NCBI GenBank assembly: GCA_030390025.1
Contig: JASTWF010000365.1
Location: 1 to 64,000 of the forward strand
Length of the DNA stretch: 64,000 nt
Direction of reading: 5' to 3'
From: Squalus acanthias
Taxonomy: Eukaryota
The position numbers and the translations under genes are program-made. The notes under the pieces are model-generated. The model worked only from the letters and a program-made list of their open reading frames with translations. It made no database searches and was not told the DNA's origin. Shown here piece by piece: positions 1 through 10,962 of this stretch (the first letter of the stretch is position 1; the number at the start of each line of letters is the position of its first letter).

Positions 1-1610
1 GGAGAGTTGGGGGTTGAGGAGAGGAGAGTTGGGGGTTGAGGAGAGGGAGAGGAGAGTTGGGGGTTGAGGAGAGGGAGAGGAGAGTTGAGGGTTGAGGAGA
101 GGGAGAGGGGAGTTGGGGGTTGAGGAGAGGGAGAGGAGAGTTGGGGGTTGAGGAGAGGGAGAGGAGAGTTGGGGGTTGAGGAGAGGAGATTTGGGGGTTG
201 AGGAGAGGGAGAGGGGAGTTGGGGGTTGAGGAGAGGGAGAGGAGAGTTGGGGGTTGAGGAGAGGAGAGTTGGGGGTTGAGGAGAGGGAGAGGAGAGTTGG
301 GGGTTGAGGATAGGGAGAGGAGAGTTGGGGGTTGAGGAGAGGAGAGTTGGGGGTTGAGGAGAGGGAGAGGAGAGTTGGGGGTTGAGGAGAGGGAGAGGAG
401 AGTTGAGGGTTGAGGAGAGGGAGAGGAGAGTTGAGGGTTGAGGAGAGGGAGAGGAGAGTTGGGGGTTGAGGAGAGGGAGAGGAGAGTTGGGGTTTGAGGA
501 GAGGGAGAGGAGAGTTGGGGGTTGAGGAGAGGGAGAGGAGAGTTGAGGGTTGAGGAGAAGGATTGGGGAGTTGGGGGTTGGGGAGAGGGAGAGGGGGAGT
601 TGGGGGTTGAGGAGAGGGAGAGGAGAGTTGGCGGCTGAGGAGAGGAGAGGGGAGTTGGGGGTAGAGGAGAGGGAGAGGGGAGTTGGGGGTTGAGGAGAGG
701 GGAGTTGGGGGTTGAGGAGAGGGAGAGGGGAGTTGGGGGTTGAGGAGAGGGTAGTTGAGGGTTGAGGAGAGGAGAGTTGAGGGTTGAGGAGAGGGAGAGG
801 AGAGTTGGGGGTTGAGGAGAGGGTAGTTGAGGGTTGAGGAGAGGAGAGTTGAGGGTTGAGGAGAGGGAGAGGAGAGTTGGGGGTTGAGGAGAGGGAGAGG
901 AGAGTTGAGGGATGAGGAGAGGGGAGTTGAGGGTTGAGGAGAGGAGAGTTGAGCGTTGAGGAGAGGGAGAGGAGAGTTGGGGGTTGAAGAGAGGGAGAGG
1001 AGAGTTGAGGTTTGAGGAGAGGGAGAGGGGAGTTGAGGGTTGAGGAGAGGGAGAGGAGAGCTGGGGGTTGAGAGGGGAGTTGAGGGTTGAGGAGAGGGAG
1101 AGGAGAGTTGGGAGTTGAGGAGAGGGCGAGGGGAGTTGGGGGTTGAGAGGGGAGTTGAGGGTTGAGGAGAGGGAGAGAAGATTTGGGGGTTGAGGAGAGG
1201 GAGAGGAGAGTTGGGGGTTGAGGAGAGCGAGAGGAGAGTTGGGGTTGAGGAGAGGGAGAGGAGAGTTGGGGGTTGAGGAGTGGGAGAGGAGAGTTGGGGG
1301 TTGAGGAGAGGGAGAGGAGAGTTGGGGGTTGAGGAGAGGGAGAGGAGAGTTGGGGGTTGAGGAGAGTGAGAGGAGAGTTGGGGGTTGAGGAGAGGGAGAG
1401 GAGAGTTGGGGGTTGAGGAGAGGGAGAGGAGAGTTGAGGGTTGAGGAGTGGGCGAGGAGAGTTGAGGGTTGAGGAGAGGGAGAGGAGAGTTGGAGGTTGA
1501 GGAGTGGGAGAGGAGAGTTGAGGGTCGAGGAGAGGGGAGTTGGGGGTTGAGGAGAGGGAGAGGAGAGTTCGAGGTTGAGGAGTGGGAGAGGGGAGTTGAG
1601 GGTCGAGGAG
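1..1610. repeat. G/A-rich minisatellite, ~23-28 bp unit (GGAGAGTTGGGGGTTGAGGAGAGGGAGA)
   Basis: Tandem repetition is directly visible, with strong purine/G strand asymmetry; runs off the window start. Confidence 0.95.
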
Positions 1611-1669
1611 ATCTTTACCCACTGAGCCACTGCTGACAGAAGTGAATGTCTGTGCCTGGTGCAATGTCA

Positions 1670-3610
1670 CCTAAACTGGGTCCCAATATAGATAAGTGCG
1701 AGGTGATACACTTTGGTAGGTAGAGTAAGGAGTCCACATACTCCATGGAAAATAAATGTCTAAATAGGGCGGAGGAACAGTGAGATCGGGGGGTACAGAT
1801 ACACAGATCACTAAAAGTAATGACGCAGGTTAATCAACCCATAAATAAAACAAACAAAGATCTGGGGTTAATTTTTAGTGGGATAAAATTGAAAAGCAGA
1901 GAAGTTGTGTTAAACTTTTATAGAGCCTTGGTTAGCCCACACTGTGAACAGTTCTGGTCCCTGTATACCTTGGTGAGACCACACTTGGAGCACTGTGCAC
2001 AGTTCTGGTCTCCATATACCTTGGTTAGACCATACTTGGAGCACTACGCACAGTTCTGGTCTCCACTTACCTTGGTTAGACCACAATTGGAGCACTGTGC
2101 ACAGTTCTGGTCTCCATATACCTTGGTTAGACCACACTTGGAGCACTGCACACAGTTCTGGTCTCCATATACCTTGGTTAGACCACACTTGGAGCACTGC
2201 GCACAGTTCTGGTCTCCATATACCTTGGTTAGACCATACTTGGAGCACTACGCACAGTTCTGGTCTCCACATACCTTGGTTAGACCACACTTGGAGCACT
2301 GTGCACAGTTCTGGTCTCCATATACCTTGGTTAGACCACACTTGGAGCACTGCGCACAGTTCTGGTCTCCATATACCTTGGTTAGACCACACTTGGAGCA
2401 CTGTGCACAGTTCTGGTCTCCATATACCTTGGTTAGACCACACTTGGAGCACTGCGCGCAGTTCTGGTCTCCATATACCTTGGTTAGACCACACTTGAAG
2501 CACTGCGCACAGTTCTGGTCTCCATATACCTTGGTTAGACCATACTTGGAGCACTACGCACAGTTCTGGTCTCCACATACCTTGGTTAGACCACACTTGG
2601 AGCACTGTGCACAGTTCTGGTCTCCATATACCTTGGTTAGACCACACTTGGAGCACTGCGCACAGTTCTGGTCTCCATATACCTTGGTTAGACCACACTT
2701 GGAGCACTGTGCACAGTTCTGGTCTCCATATACCTTGGTTAGACCACACTTGGAGCACTGCGCGCAGTTCTGGTCTCCATATACCTTGGTTAGACCACAC
2801 TTGAAGCACTGCGCACAGTTCTGGTCTCCATATACCTTGGTTAGACCACACTTGGAGCACTGTGCACAGTTCTGGTCTCCATATACCTTGGTTAGACCAT
2901 ACTTGGAGCACTGTACACAGTTCTGGTCTCCATATACCTTGGTTAAACCACACTTGGAGCACTGCGCACAGTTCTGGTCTCCACATACCTTCGTTAGACC
3001 ACACTTGGAGCACTGTGCACAGTTCTGGTCTCCACATACCTTCGTTAGACCACACTTGGAGCACTGTGCACAGTTCTGGCCTCCATATTATAAAAAGGAT
3101 ATAGAGGCACTGGAGAATTTGCAACAAAGATTTGCTGGAATGATACCAGAACTGAGAGGTTATACCTATCAGGAAAGATTGAGCAGGTTGGTGTTCTGTT
3201 CTCTAGAAAAGAGAAACTGGGGTGGGGGGGGTGACCTGATAGAGATCTTCAAGATTATTAAAGGTTTCGATAGGGTAGACGTAGAGAAAATGTTTCCACT
3301 TGTGGTTGAGACCAGACTAGGGGCCATCAATATAAGATCGTCACTAATAAATCCAATAGGGAATTCAGGAGAAACTTCTTTACTCAGAGAGTGGTGTGAA
3401 TGTGGAACTCACTACCACAGGGAGTGGTTGAGGCGAAGAGCATAGATACATTTAAGGGGAAGCTGGATAAAGACATGAGGGAGACAGGAATAGCGGGATA
3501 TGTTGATGGGGTGAGATGACGAAGGGTGGGAGGAGGCGCGTGTGGAGCATAAACACCGGCACGGACCAGTTGGGCCAAATGGCCTGTTTCTGTGCTGTAA
3601 ATGCTTTATA
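1670..3610 (+). mobile_element. 5'-truncated CR1 LINE (ORF2 C-terminus and 3' UTR) with internal tandem expansion
   Basis: Translation gives KCEVIHFGR...KSREVVLNFYRALVSPHCEQFWS...GDLIEIFKIIKGFDRVD, typical of the CR1 ORF2 C-terminus; 3' hairpin 'gggccaaatggcctgtttctgtgctgtaa' near 3572-3600. Confidence 0.9.
1966..3087 (+). repeat. 51-bp tandem repeat (~22 copies) of the CR1 ORF2 segment encoding TLVRPHLEHCAQFWSPY
   Basis: 17-aa periodicity in ORF 1820..3445; the unit matches the LVRPHLEYCxQFWSPY motif in other CR1 copies in this window. Confidence 0.95.
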
Positions 3611-3665
3611 ATTCATTGCAATGCACATAACTCGCCACCTTCCCGTGAGTGTGTTTGTACCATAC

Positions 3666-3806
3666 CTGTGATGGCTTGGTTGTTGCAGAGGTCGGATTGG
3701 CAGCACCGATCAGCCGTGTACGCTGAGTATACACTGCCGCTACTGAAGGACAGAGTTCCAATACAGGTCCCGCAGTTGTTGCGGAAAAAACTTTGGGTGG
3801 ATCCTC
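3666..3806 (-). pseudogene. LU (Ly6/uPAR) paralogue 2, exon encoding the second half of an LU domain
   Basis: ttttttcAG acceptor and G|GTATGG donor; 141 nt, phase 1-1; reads GGSTQSFFRNNCGTCIGTLSFSSGSVYSAYTADRCCQSDLCNNQAIT with the CCxxxxCN LU signature; homologous to exon 54145-54281. Confidence 0.85.
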
Positions 3807-3879
3807 CTGAAAAAATAGAACCAGCGACTTTATTCAGTTAAAGTTCCGACACAGACTGTGCGAACCACAGAAGGAAGTT

Positions 3880-4475
3880 TTGCTACAATTGTACAGGGCT
3901 TTGGTGAGACCACACCTGGAGCACTGTGCACAGTTCTGGTCTCCTTATCTGAGGAAGGACATACTTGCCTTAGAGACGGTGCAATGAAGATTCACGAGAT
4001 TGATCCCTGGGATGAGAGGGCTGTCCTATGTGGAGAGATTGAGCAGATTGGGCCTGTACTCCCTGGAGTTTAGAAGAATGAGAGGTGATCTCGTTGATAC
4101 ATATAAGATTCTGATAGGGATTGAAAGGGTCGATGCTGAGAGACTGTTTCCCTTGGCTGGAGAGTCTAGACATAGGGGTCATAGTCTCAGGATAAGGGGT
4201 CGGCCATTTAAGACTGAGATGAGGAGAAATTTCTTCACTCAGAGGGTGGTGAATCTTTGGAATTCTCTACCCCAGAGGGCTGTGGAATGCTGAGTCTTTG
4301 AGTATATTCAAGGCTGAGATCAATAGATTTTTGGATACTAAGGAATCAAAGGATATGGGGATCGGGCGGGAAAGTGGAGTTGAGGTCGAAGATCAGCCAT
4401 GGTCTTATTGAATGGCGGAGCAGGCTCGAGGGGCCGTATGGCCGACTCCTGCTCCTAATTCTTATGTTCTTATGT
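3880..4475 (+). mobile_element. CR1 3' fragment
   Basis: ORF 4000..4293 (IPGMRGLSYVERLSRLGLYSLEFRRMRGDL...FFTQRVVNLWNSLP) and a TTCTTATG tail at ~4459-4474. Confidence 0.9.
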
Positions 4476-4674
4476 CCCTATGACCAGTGGTCAGGTTGCT
4501 GCCCCCATTCCCCTGAAGGCAGTTAAGTTCATGCAACGTTCTGGGTAGCCCTCAAGTATCTCACCCATGTTGGTGTCCTTCATGACTTATGTAGACTTTT
4601 CAGCACAGAAGGAGGCCATTCGGCCCCTCGTACCCGTGCCGGCTCAATTTTGCTAACCAGTTTATTATATGGTA

Positions 4675-4770
4675 ATTCCAAATTTCTCATCCTTGTTTTC
4701 AAATCACTCCTTGGCCTCGCCCCTCCCTATCTCTGTAATCTCCTTCAGCCCCACAACCCTCCGAGATATA
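4675..4770 (+). mobile_element. L2-clade LINE fragment (ORF2 C-terminus)
   Basis: Encodes KFLILVFKSLLGLAPPYLCNLLQPHNPPR, an L2 ORF2 C-terminal motif. Confidence 0.7.
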
Positions 4771-4955
4771 TCTATCTGTCTATTTGTCTATCTATCTGTC
4801 TATCTGTCTATCTATCTATCTATCTGTCTGTCTATCTATCTGTCTATCTATCTAGTCTGTCTATCTGTCTGTCTGTCTATCTGTCTATCTATCTATCTAT
4901 CTGTCTATCTATCTATCTATCTATCTATTTGTCTATGTGTCTATCTGTCTATCTC
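4766..4955. repeat. (TCTA/TCTG)n tetranucleotide microsatellite
   Basis: Directly visible. Confidence 0.95.
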
Positions 4956-4998
4956 TCCGATACTACAAGAAATTAATCTTATTTGGAGGAAGTCTCAC

Positions 4999-5114
4999 CG
5001 ATTGTGTGATTCAGGTAGTTGAGCATTCGAGGTTCGGAGCCAGATCACAGACTGCTTCCTTCTGTGTACAGTTTCCTGTTGGATCCTCACAACTGCAACA
5101 TTTCAGAGCTGAGG
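4999..5114 (-). pseudogene. LU paralogue 2, exon encoding the first half of an LU domain (degraded)
   Basis: Reads SALKCCSCEDPTGNCTQKEAVCDLAPNLECSTT*; donor G|GTGAGA at 4999/4998; the homologous acceptor reads TTGCAA instead of ..CAG; 116 nt versus 117 nt in exon 55704-55820, so a 1-nt deletion explains the stop. Confidence 0.75.
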
Positions 5115-5743
5115 TTGCAACAAAGAGAACAAGGAAATAATAATCAGTCATTGTTGCCGTCAATGAACAGACCTAATGTAAAAGTTTTTGGCGCTTTGCC
5201 AGTCCCCAGGACGTCCTAAAGCATTTCACAGAGCTTGGGTAGCCTATTGTCCACGGCCGTCTCACTCTTGCTAGTCCTGCCTTGAGATGGTGGACATTTG
5301 AGATGGAAATGTGCAGACAGACCATTGCTCACAAACATCGCTTACATTTAAAACCAACAGAAAAGTCACCTGCTGCCCAAGATCTGGGTGAGTGAGGCAC
5401 CAATTAATTGTCATCGGAATGGAATGGAGAGTATTGATGATTAACCTAAGCCACCTTGGTAAGGACACAAGGAAGTAGGGGACTCTGGATTTGGACCTGG
5501 GGGGAACTACCTGTATTCTGTTTGAGATTTGTGGTCCAACCTCTTTCGAGACGAATGGGAAGAATGTTGGCTCTTTCGAAATCCACATTTCTGGTCAAGT
5601 GTTGTTCTTGTTCCTCCTCTGTGAAGAATGAATCCACCCTTGTTGATTATTTCCAGCCGGTTTGCCAATAAGTTGTTGAATTTAAATCTCGTTTCGGATT
5701 TTGCAATTGTTTAGGAAACACACAGGGTTTCAAAAAGGTGAAG

Positions 5744-6689
5744 TGTAGGAACCATTCCTCCCCCCCCCCCCCAACAACGGTAAAAATTGGACTATGAAAT
5801 ATAAAAACCCAGAACTGCAGCACCAGCAAAAAGGGCTCGGCAATAAAGGGTTAATTCAGACATTGTGGTCGAATTGCCATACGAAGGTTTTCTGTCTAGG
5901 GAAGATACAAGAACATTCGCATATTCATTTCCCTTAAGGGGTTACATTGTCCACCTTAGACCATGGCCCCTGAATAATCAGTTTCAGTGCAGGCCCAGAC
6001 AATGGGCTGGGCCTCGAACCTTTTGAATATGAATGCCAACAGAAACCAACAATCTTGCATATGCAGTCACTTTGGGAGGGTTGCATTGTCAGAAAGATAT
6101 CTCAAATCAATGGACAATACCAGGAACAATTCATACATTTTGAAACGAATCGTATGCTCAAGAAGGGAGCCAGGAAATATTGCAAGTGGGTTTTGGTTTA
6201 AAGTTAGATCACTTCGAAGACAGTATCTGGGAAGCCGACGGCAGAACAGCGAACAGAAAGATTCGGGCCTACAATCAACTCCAAGAGACAGCCGATCGGG
6301 AGTGGTGATTGTATGTTTCAGACAAATCATAGAGGGGGCTTTTATGATTGAGTCTGAGTGAGTTTGTGAGTTTCACTCAGATCACAATAAGGGCTTTGTG
6401 ATTGAGTCTGGGTAACTTTATATATAACAGTCAAATCGCGGACGGGTTTAACTGTGTCATATTGTGTCGATGCAAATGACCCTTGCGTAGGGGTTTGTAT
6501 TTTGGAGTTGTTAGCCTGAGATAAACCGTAGAGATTTATACTGGAGAAGTAATTATGTGTGTGTGTTCAATAAACGAACGAATCAAAGGTTGAGCCAAAA
6601 CCCTGTGCCGTGTGTATTTTGTTCTTATAAATCCTGACGTCCAAGAACTGTGTGTAATGGGGGACCAGTATCGGAGAAAACCCCTTACA
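5744..6689 (+). mobile_element. 5' LTR of LTR-retroelement A (~946 bp)
   Basis: Termini TGTAGG...CCTTACA (imperfect inverted repeat); AATAAA at 6569-6574; directly followed by a PBS and gag; the C-run/TTGGACT/AAACCC start resembles the start of LTR B. Confidence 0.7.
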
Positions 6690-6695
6690 GAATCT

Positions 6696-6712
6696 TGGCG
6701 ACCGCGGCAGGA
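6696..6712 (+). promoter_or_regulatory. Primer-binding site (TGGCGACCGCGGCAGGA), probably tRNA-Ser-like
   Basis: TGG starts 7 nt after the LTR CA end; partial match to the complement of tRNA-Ser 3' ends (TGGCG....CGGCAGGA). The tRNA identity is tentative. Confidence 0.65.
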
Positions 6713-6734
6713 CGTCAAGGTTTAGAACAAAATT

Positions 6735-8932
6735 ATGGACAGGGTTAAGTGCAAGAAACTCGTGATGGAGGATAGGATATCCTCGTATGTGTTTGGGAAA
6801 GTAAACATTTCCGAGCACTGGGTGCGGGGAATGTTACACTCTGGCAGTCCGTATGAGAAAGCGTGGACATGTAGTAGCGTACATAAGAAACCGAAGGAAA
6901 AGGCGATTTGGCTAATATGTATGCAGAAACAAATTCAGATGCTCCACGGAGAAAGTTGAGTGTTTAGGAATAGAGAAACAGGAATCAGAAAGTAGGGCAG
7001 GAGAGAGAGAGAGAGAGGCCGTAGTGAACCGGCTGACAGAAGATTTGAACTTTGAAAGGCAGAAGAGAAAAGCGCAGGAAGAAACAGCTCGAAACGCGTT
7101 AGAGTACCTGCAATGTCAGGTCACTGAAAGTAGAAGGCAGTGTCAGGCTCAGCGTGAGGAAGGTAATAGGAACTGAGAGAGCTGACAAGCCTGAGGAGCA
7201 GTTAAAAGATATAAAGGTGGCATACAGGGTCGCCAAAAACTGGGTACATGAAGAGGCCGATCACGGGCCCTGCAATGAAAAAATCCGTAAGTTGACCCTA
7301 GCATTATCCAGGGCCAGGGGTATGGTTTGTCTCATGACACCAGGAGAAGTTGGGGTAGATTGGAATGAGGAGGAAAAGGAGCCCGATGATGGGATCCAGT
7401 ATACAGAGGTTCGACCGGCTCCTGAAGCACAGGGACCACCGGGACTGATGTGTCCCCTGCGACAGCACAAGTTCGGCCCACCCCCACAAGGCGGCGGTCA
7501 GGGGCCATTGCAGAGTGATTAGGTGCTTCCCTACATGTCCATTCAGTTGCAGGAAATGCTGGCCAGTGTGCCGAAACTGAAGCACGGAGGGGATGCCTCT
7601 GTTCATTTTGCCAATGTAGAGCAGATAGGAGGGATCAATAATTGTGACGACGACAAACAGAAAAAGCTGATGCTGTTCTCTCCAGATGGGAAGCTGTACC
7701 AGGGTTTGTCGGCAGCCACTAAGTTAGGAGGGGGTACCCTGGACGGGGTAAAGGACGAAATTTTAATGGCGCTGGGACATAGCCAGAGCAGCCCGTTCTT
7801 GCAGGTCGAGCAGACCAGACAGCTGGCTGGCGAGTTACCGGATGCATTCACAGACAGGTTGTGGTCTGTGTATCTGAAAGTGACGGGGGGAAATCTAGCC
7901 CGAGCACAGTTGTTAGGGGCTCCCAGGAACCATTGGTTGAGGACCCTAGTGGCTAACAGCCTGCCACGGATCAGGGCTAGGGCGGAACCATGGTTCGACC
8001 CCGAGGATGTTAATAATAGAGCCAGGCGTGTTAAGTAAACTGACTCTGGCTTTTAAATCCGACCGAGGGGAGGAGAATAAACAAAAGGGAAAAGTACAGG
8101 AGATGAAGGGAAGCGTGGATGGTAGAAAAGAATGGAAGCAGGAGAGGGGTAAGGTGGACAGATCCCAGGCGTGCTTTAACTTGCTCTCGAGGCAGTTCAG
8201 AGAAGGTTCACTCGGTTAATCCCCGGGGATGAGGGGGTTGACTTATGAGGAAAGGTTGAGTAGGTTGGGCCTCTACTCATTGGAATACAGAAGAATGAGA
8301 GGCGATCTTATCGAAACATATAAGATTGTGAGAGGGCTTGATCGGGTGGAGGCGGGGAGGGTGTTTCCACTGATGGGTGAGACTAGAACTAGGGGGCATA
8401 ATCTTAGAATAAGGAGCTGCCGTTTCAAAACTGAGATGAGGAGAAACTTCTTCACTCAGAGGGTAGTAAATCGATGGAATTTGCTACCTCAGAGAGCTGT
8501 GGAAGCTGCGACATTAAATAAATTTAAAGCGGAGAGAGACAGTTTCCCAGCTGATAAGGGAATGACGGGTTATGGGGAGCGGGCAGGGAAGGGGACGTGA
8601 GTCTAGGTTCGGATCAGCCATGATCCTATTGAATGGCGTAGCAGGCCCGAGGGGTCGTACGGCCGACTCCTGCTCCTATTTCTTATGTTATGTTCTTATG
8701 TGGTAGAATGGGACACTGGAACAGGGAGTGCAAGTTCCCAAAAAGGGAAAAACCAGGATACGGGGGTCCCTCAGGGTCAAAACCGCGGGTAGTAGAGGCG
8801 GGGAAGGAGAGGGTAGAAGACCCGGTGGAACTTCTCGTGACCGCGTTACGGCAGGTTATGGGCAAAGACCAGGGAAAGCTGGACGCTGCCGTATGCAGTA
8901 AAAAGCCCAGCGCTCCCCCACTTCTCCCATGA
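6735..8932 (+). pseudogene. gag: gag of element A (N-terminal coiled coil, capsid-like region, CCHC knuckle), disrupted
   Basis: Broken ORFs 6735-6959, 7154-7522, 7523-8038, 8007-8180 and 8690-8932; CFN (~8172-8180) plus CGRMGHWNREC (~8699-8731) rejoin into CX2CX4HX4C once the CR1 insert is removed. Confidence 0.8.
8181..8699 (+). mobile_element. 5'-truncated CR1 inserted into the gag zinc knuckle
   Basis: ORF 8229..8600 is CR1 ORF2 C-terminus; the (TTCTTATG/TTATG) tail ends where gag resumes (TGT GGT AGA ATG). Confidence 0.9.
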
Positions 8933-9640
8933 CTAGGACGCACCCAGCCCGAGTACCTGTGCCTGCTCACCTACGATGAGTGGGGCAGACCTTGTGTAGA
9001 AATCAGGGTAGAGGCCGTTTGGGGAAAGTATCTAGTAGACACCGGAGCTTCCAGTACGGTGGTTCACTCACCAAACCCGACCACTTCTCCATGGTCGAGC
9101 AGGGTCCCGTTTAAGTTAGTGGGTTTCACAGGGAACGAGCAGGCTGGGGTGGTATCGAAACCTTTGTCGATAGGGTTAGGACCCCGTGTCACTAAGTGGG
9201 AATGCTTACTGATGCAATGGGATCAGCCCAGCGCGGGGGTCCTCGGAGCTGATTTTATGCTGGCCCACTATGTGATCGTGGATATGAGAAACCACTGTCT
9301 ATGGGGGGCGGTTGGTTCTGATAAACCTGAGGAAGTTCTAGTTATCCCCAAGGCGGAGAAAGTGAAAGGTATCGCCCGTACTATGAAACCGAAGGGTAGC
9401 TATGACTGGGAACAATTGGTCCGTAGCACCCCGGAAAGGTATCGGGGGTATGTGAAAAATAATCTCGCAGTGTTCGCCACTCACCGACATGACTGTGGTA
9501 GGGTAACGGGGATAGAGGTGGAGGTACACGGGGACCCAATGTTGTGACCTCAGGAACAGTATAGTTTTCCCCGGGAGGCAGAGAAGGACTTGGAAACTGC
9601 ACCGAGCTCCCTCGTGGAACAAGGGCTACTGAGGCCGATA
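8933..9640 (+). pseudogene. pol: pol 5' part of element A: aspartic protease and RT N-terminus, truncated
   Basis: In frame with gag after TGA; YLVDTGASST (DTG 9038-9046) and GVLGADF protease motifs, then HDCG...P..PQEQYSFPREA...LVEQGLLRPI typical of an RT start; internal TGA at 9545; ends at LTR B. Confidence 0.85.
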
Positions 9641-9641
9641 G

Positions 9642-10619
9642 TTTAAGGGGTTTTTGTCTCGGGCTTATTTGTAGGTCAGCCAGTTATGTTTTCCTGGACT
9701 GTCCCTGCCCGCTGTGCGGTTGCGAATCGCTACCCCTTATTATTAGTTCTGAGCCCAGGACTTATCGAGCGACGATAAGGACAAACGAACAGACCCGTGG
9801 ATTGGTGCGAGGAAAACCAATGTTTATTTACAGAAGTAAAACTACAGAGAAACAGTATCATATGAAGACGGTTTTACACTGAACATGGGAAGAGAACGGA
9901 CACATCGAGGGAAAATCCTAAAATTACAGTTTTAGCAATATCCCCATTAATCCCCACCCTTATGCCTAACTAAAATTGTCTTGCGACAGCCAGAAGATAA
10001 TGCTCACCGGTGAAATGGATGGAAAAACCTGGCCCTGTGCTCTGTTTCTGCCGTCGACACGTGGCGTTTCTGGCAGTCTTCTTCGTTAGCTGCTGGTAGA
10101 CAGAGCGAACCGAGGGTCCAGGCAGAGAGAGCGAGAAATGGCTGGGTCTTCCCATTTATACCCCCTCCGGTCGCTCTAATCTTCCCACCGATCAGCACAT
10201 TTCTATTGTCTGATCTGGGCATGATGAATTTTAACAAAAGGTACTGGTCTCGGCCCATCATGTTAGATGGCCGGTAATGGTGTGATACCAGTTCTTCAAC
10301 TACCACCCTATTGTTCGACAGGTTGGATGATTGTCCAGAACAGTTCCGTTGATGGGCCCAGCGCCGTCTCAATGTCCCCGCCGATTACTTGAGCAAACAC
10401 CTTGAAAGCCTTATGCATAGACCTGATTGTAATGCACAAGGAAAGGTCCTGTCCTGTTGCAGACATCGGAATACACAAGCTGACACGAGGTCCGACCGCA
10501 GCCATTTTATGCCCTGGATTTTAAAACTCAGTCTGACCAGGGTTTCTTTTTTAATAAGTCCAACAAAAAAATCTTCGGGTGGGGGGGGGGGAACACATGA
10601 AATTTTGCGAATCCTTTCA
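9642..10619 (-). mobile_element. 3' LTR of LTR-retroelement B (~978 bp)
   Basis: On the minus strand it starts TGAAAGG right after a polypurine tract; TATAAA at ~10160-10155; AATAAA at 9828-9823; ends AAAAACCCCTTAAA (LTR A ends AAAACCCCTTACA). Confidence 0.75.
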
Positions 10620-10630
10620 GTCCCCCCTGT
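10620..10630 (-). promoter_or_regulatory. Polypurine tract of element B (ACAGGGGGGAC|TG)
   Basis: G-run immediately 5' of the LTR TG on the minus strand, ~340 nt after the env stop. Confidence 0.7.
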
Positions 10631-10962
10631 GGAGACTTAAACTTGCTTGAAGTGTCCATACGAGGTGAACAAAATTTCTGACTGTCGCAAACAACCTTCC
10701 CCTTTATTTACCTATCCCAATTCCCCCGACACGTACATTCCCCCACTTGGAGAATAACCACAGTGTACAGCAGGCATTTTAGATAGGAAACAAATTCTTT
10801 TCCAGTAATCCCAGCACGGAGGGGGTCCAACATACCCCTGCACCACTTGGGATAAAACAGTTTCTTTTTAATCAAACAAAAAAACAACAAATGGAGGGGA
10901 CCATCTTTATTAAAAATAATAAAATTAGGCCGCCATCACTCGTAAGTGGTGCGACACGGAAT

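Noticed and set aside
5260..5700. Possible exon 1 of LU paralogue 2 (minus-strand donor-like GTGAGA near 5265 and GTAGTT near 5510)
   Set aside because: No frame gives a convincing signal peptide or recognisable domain.
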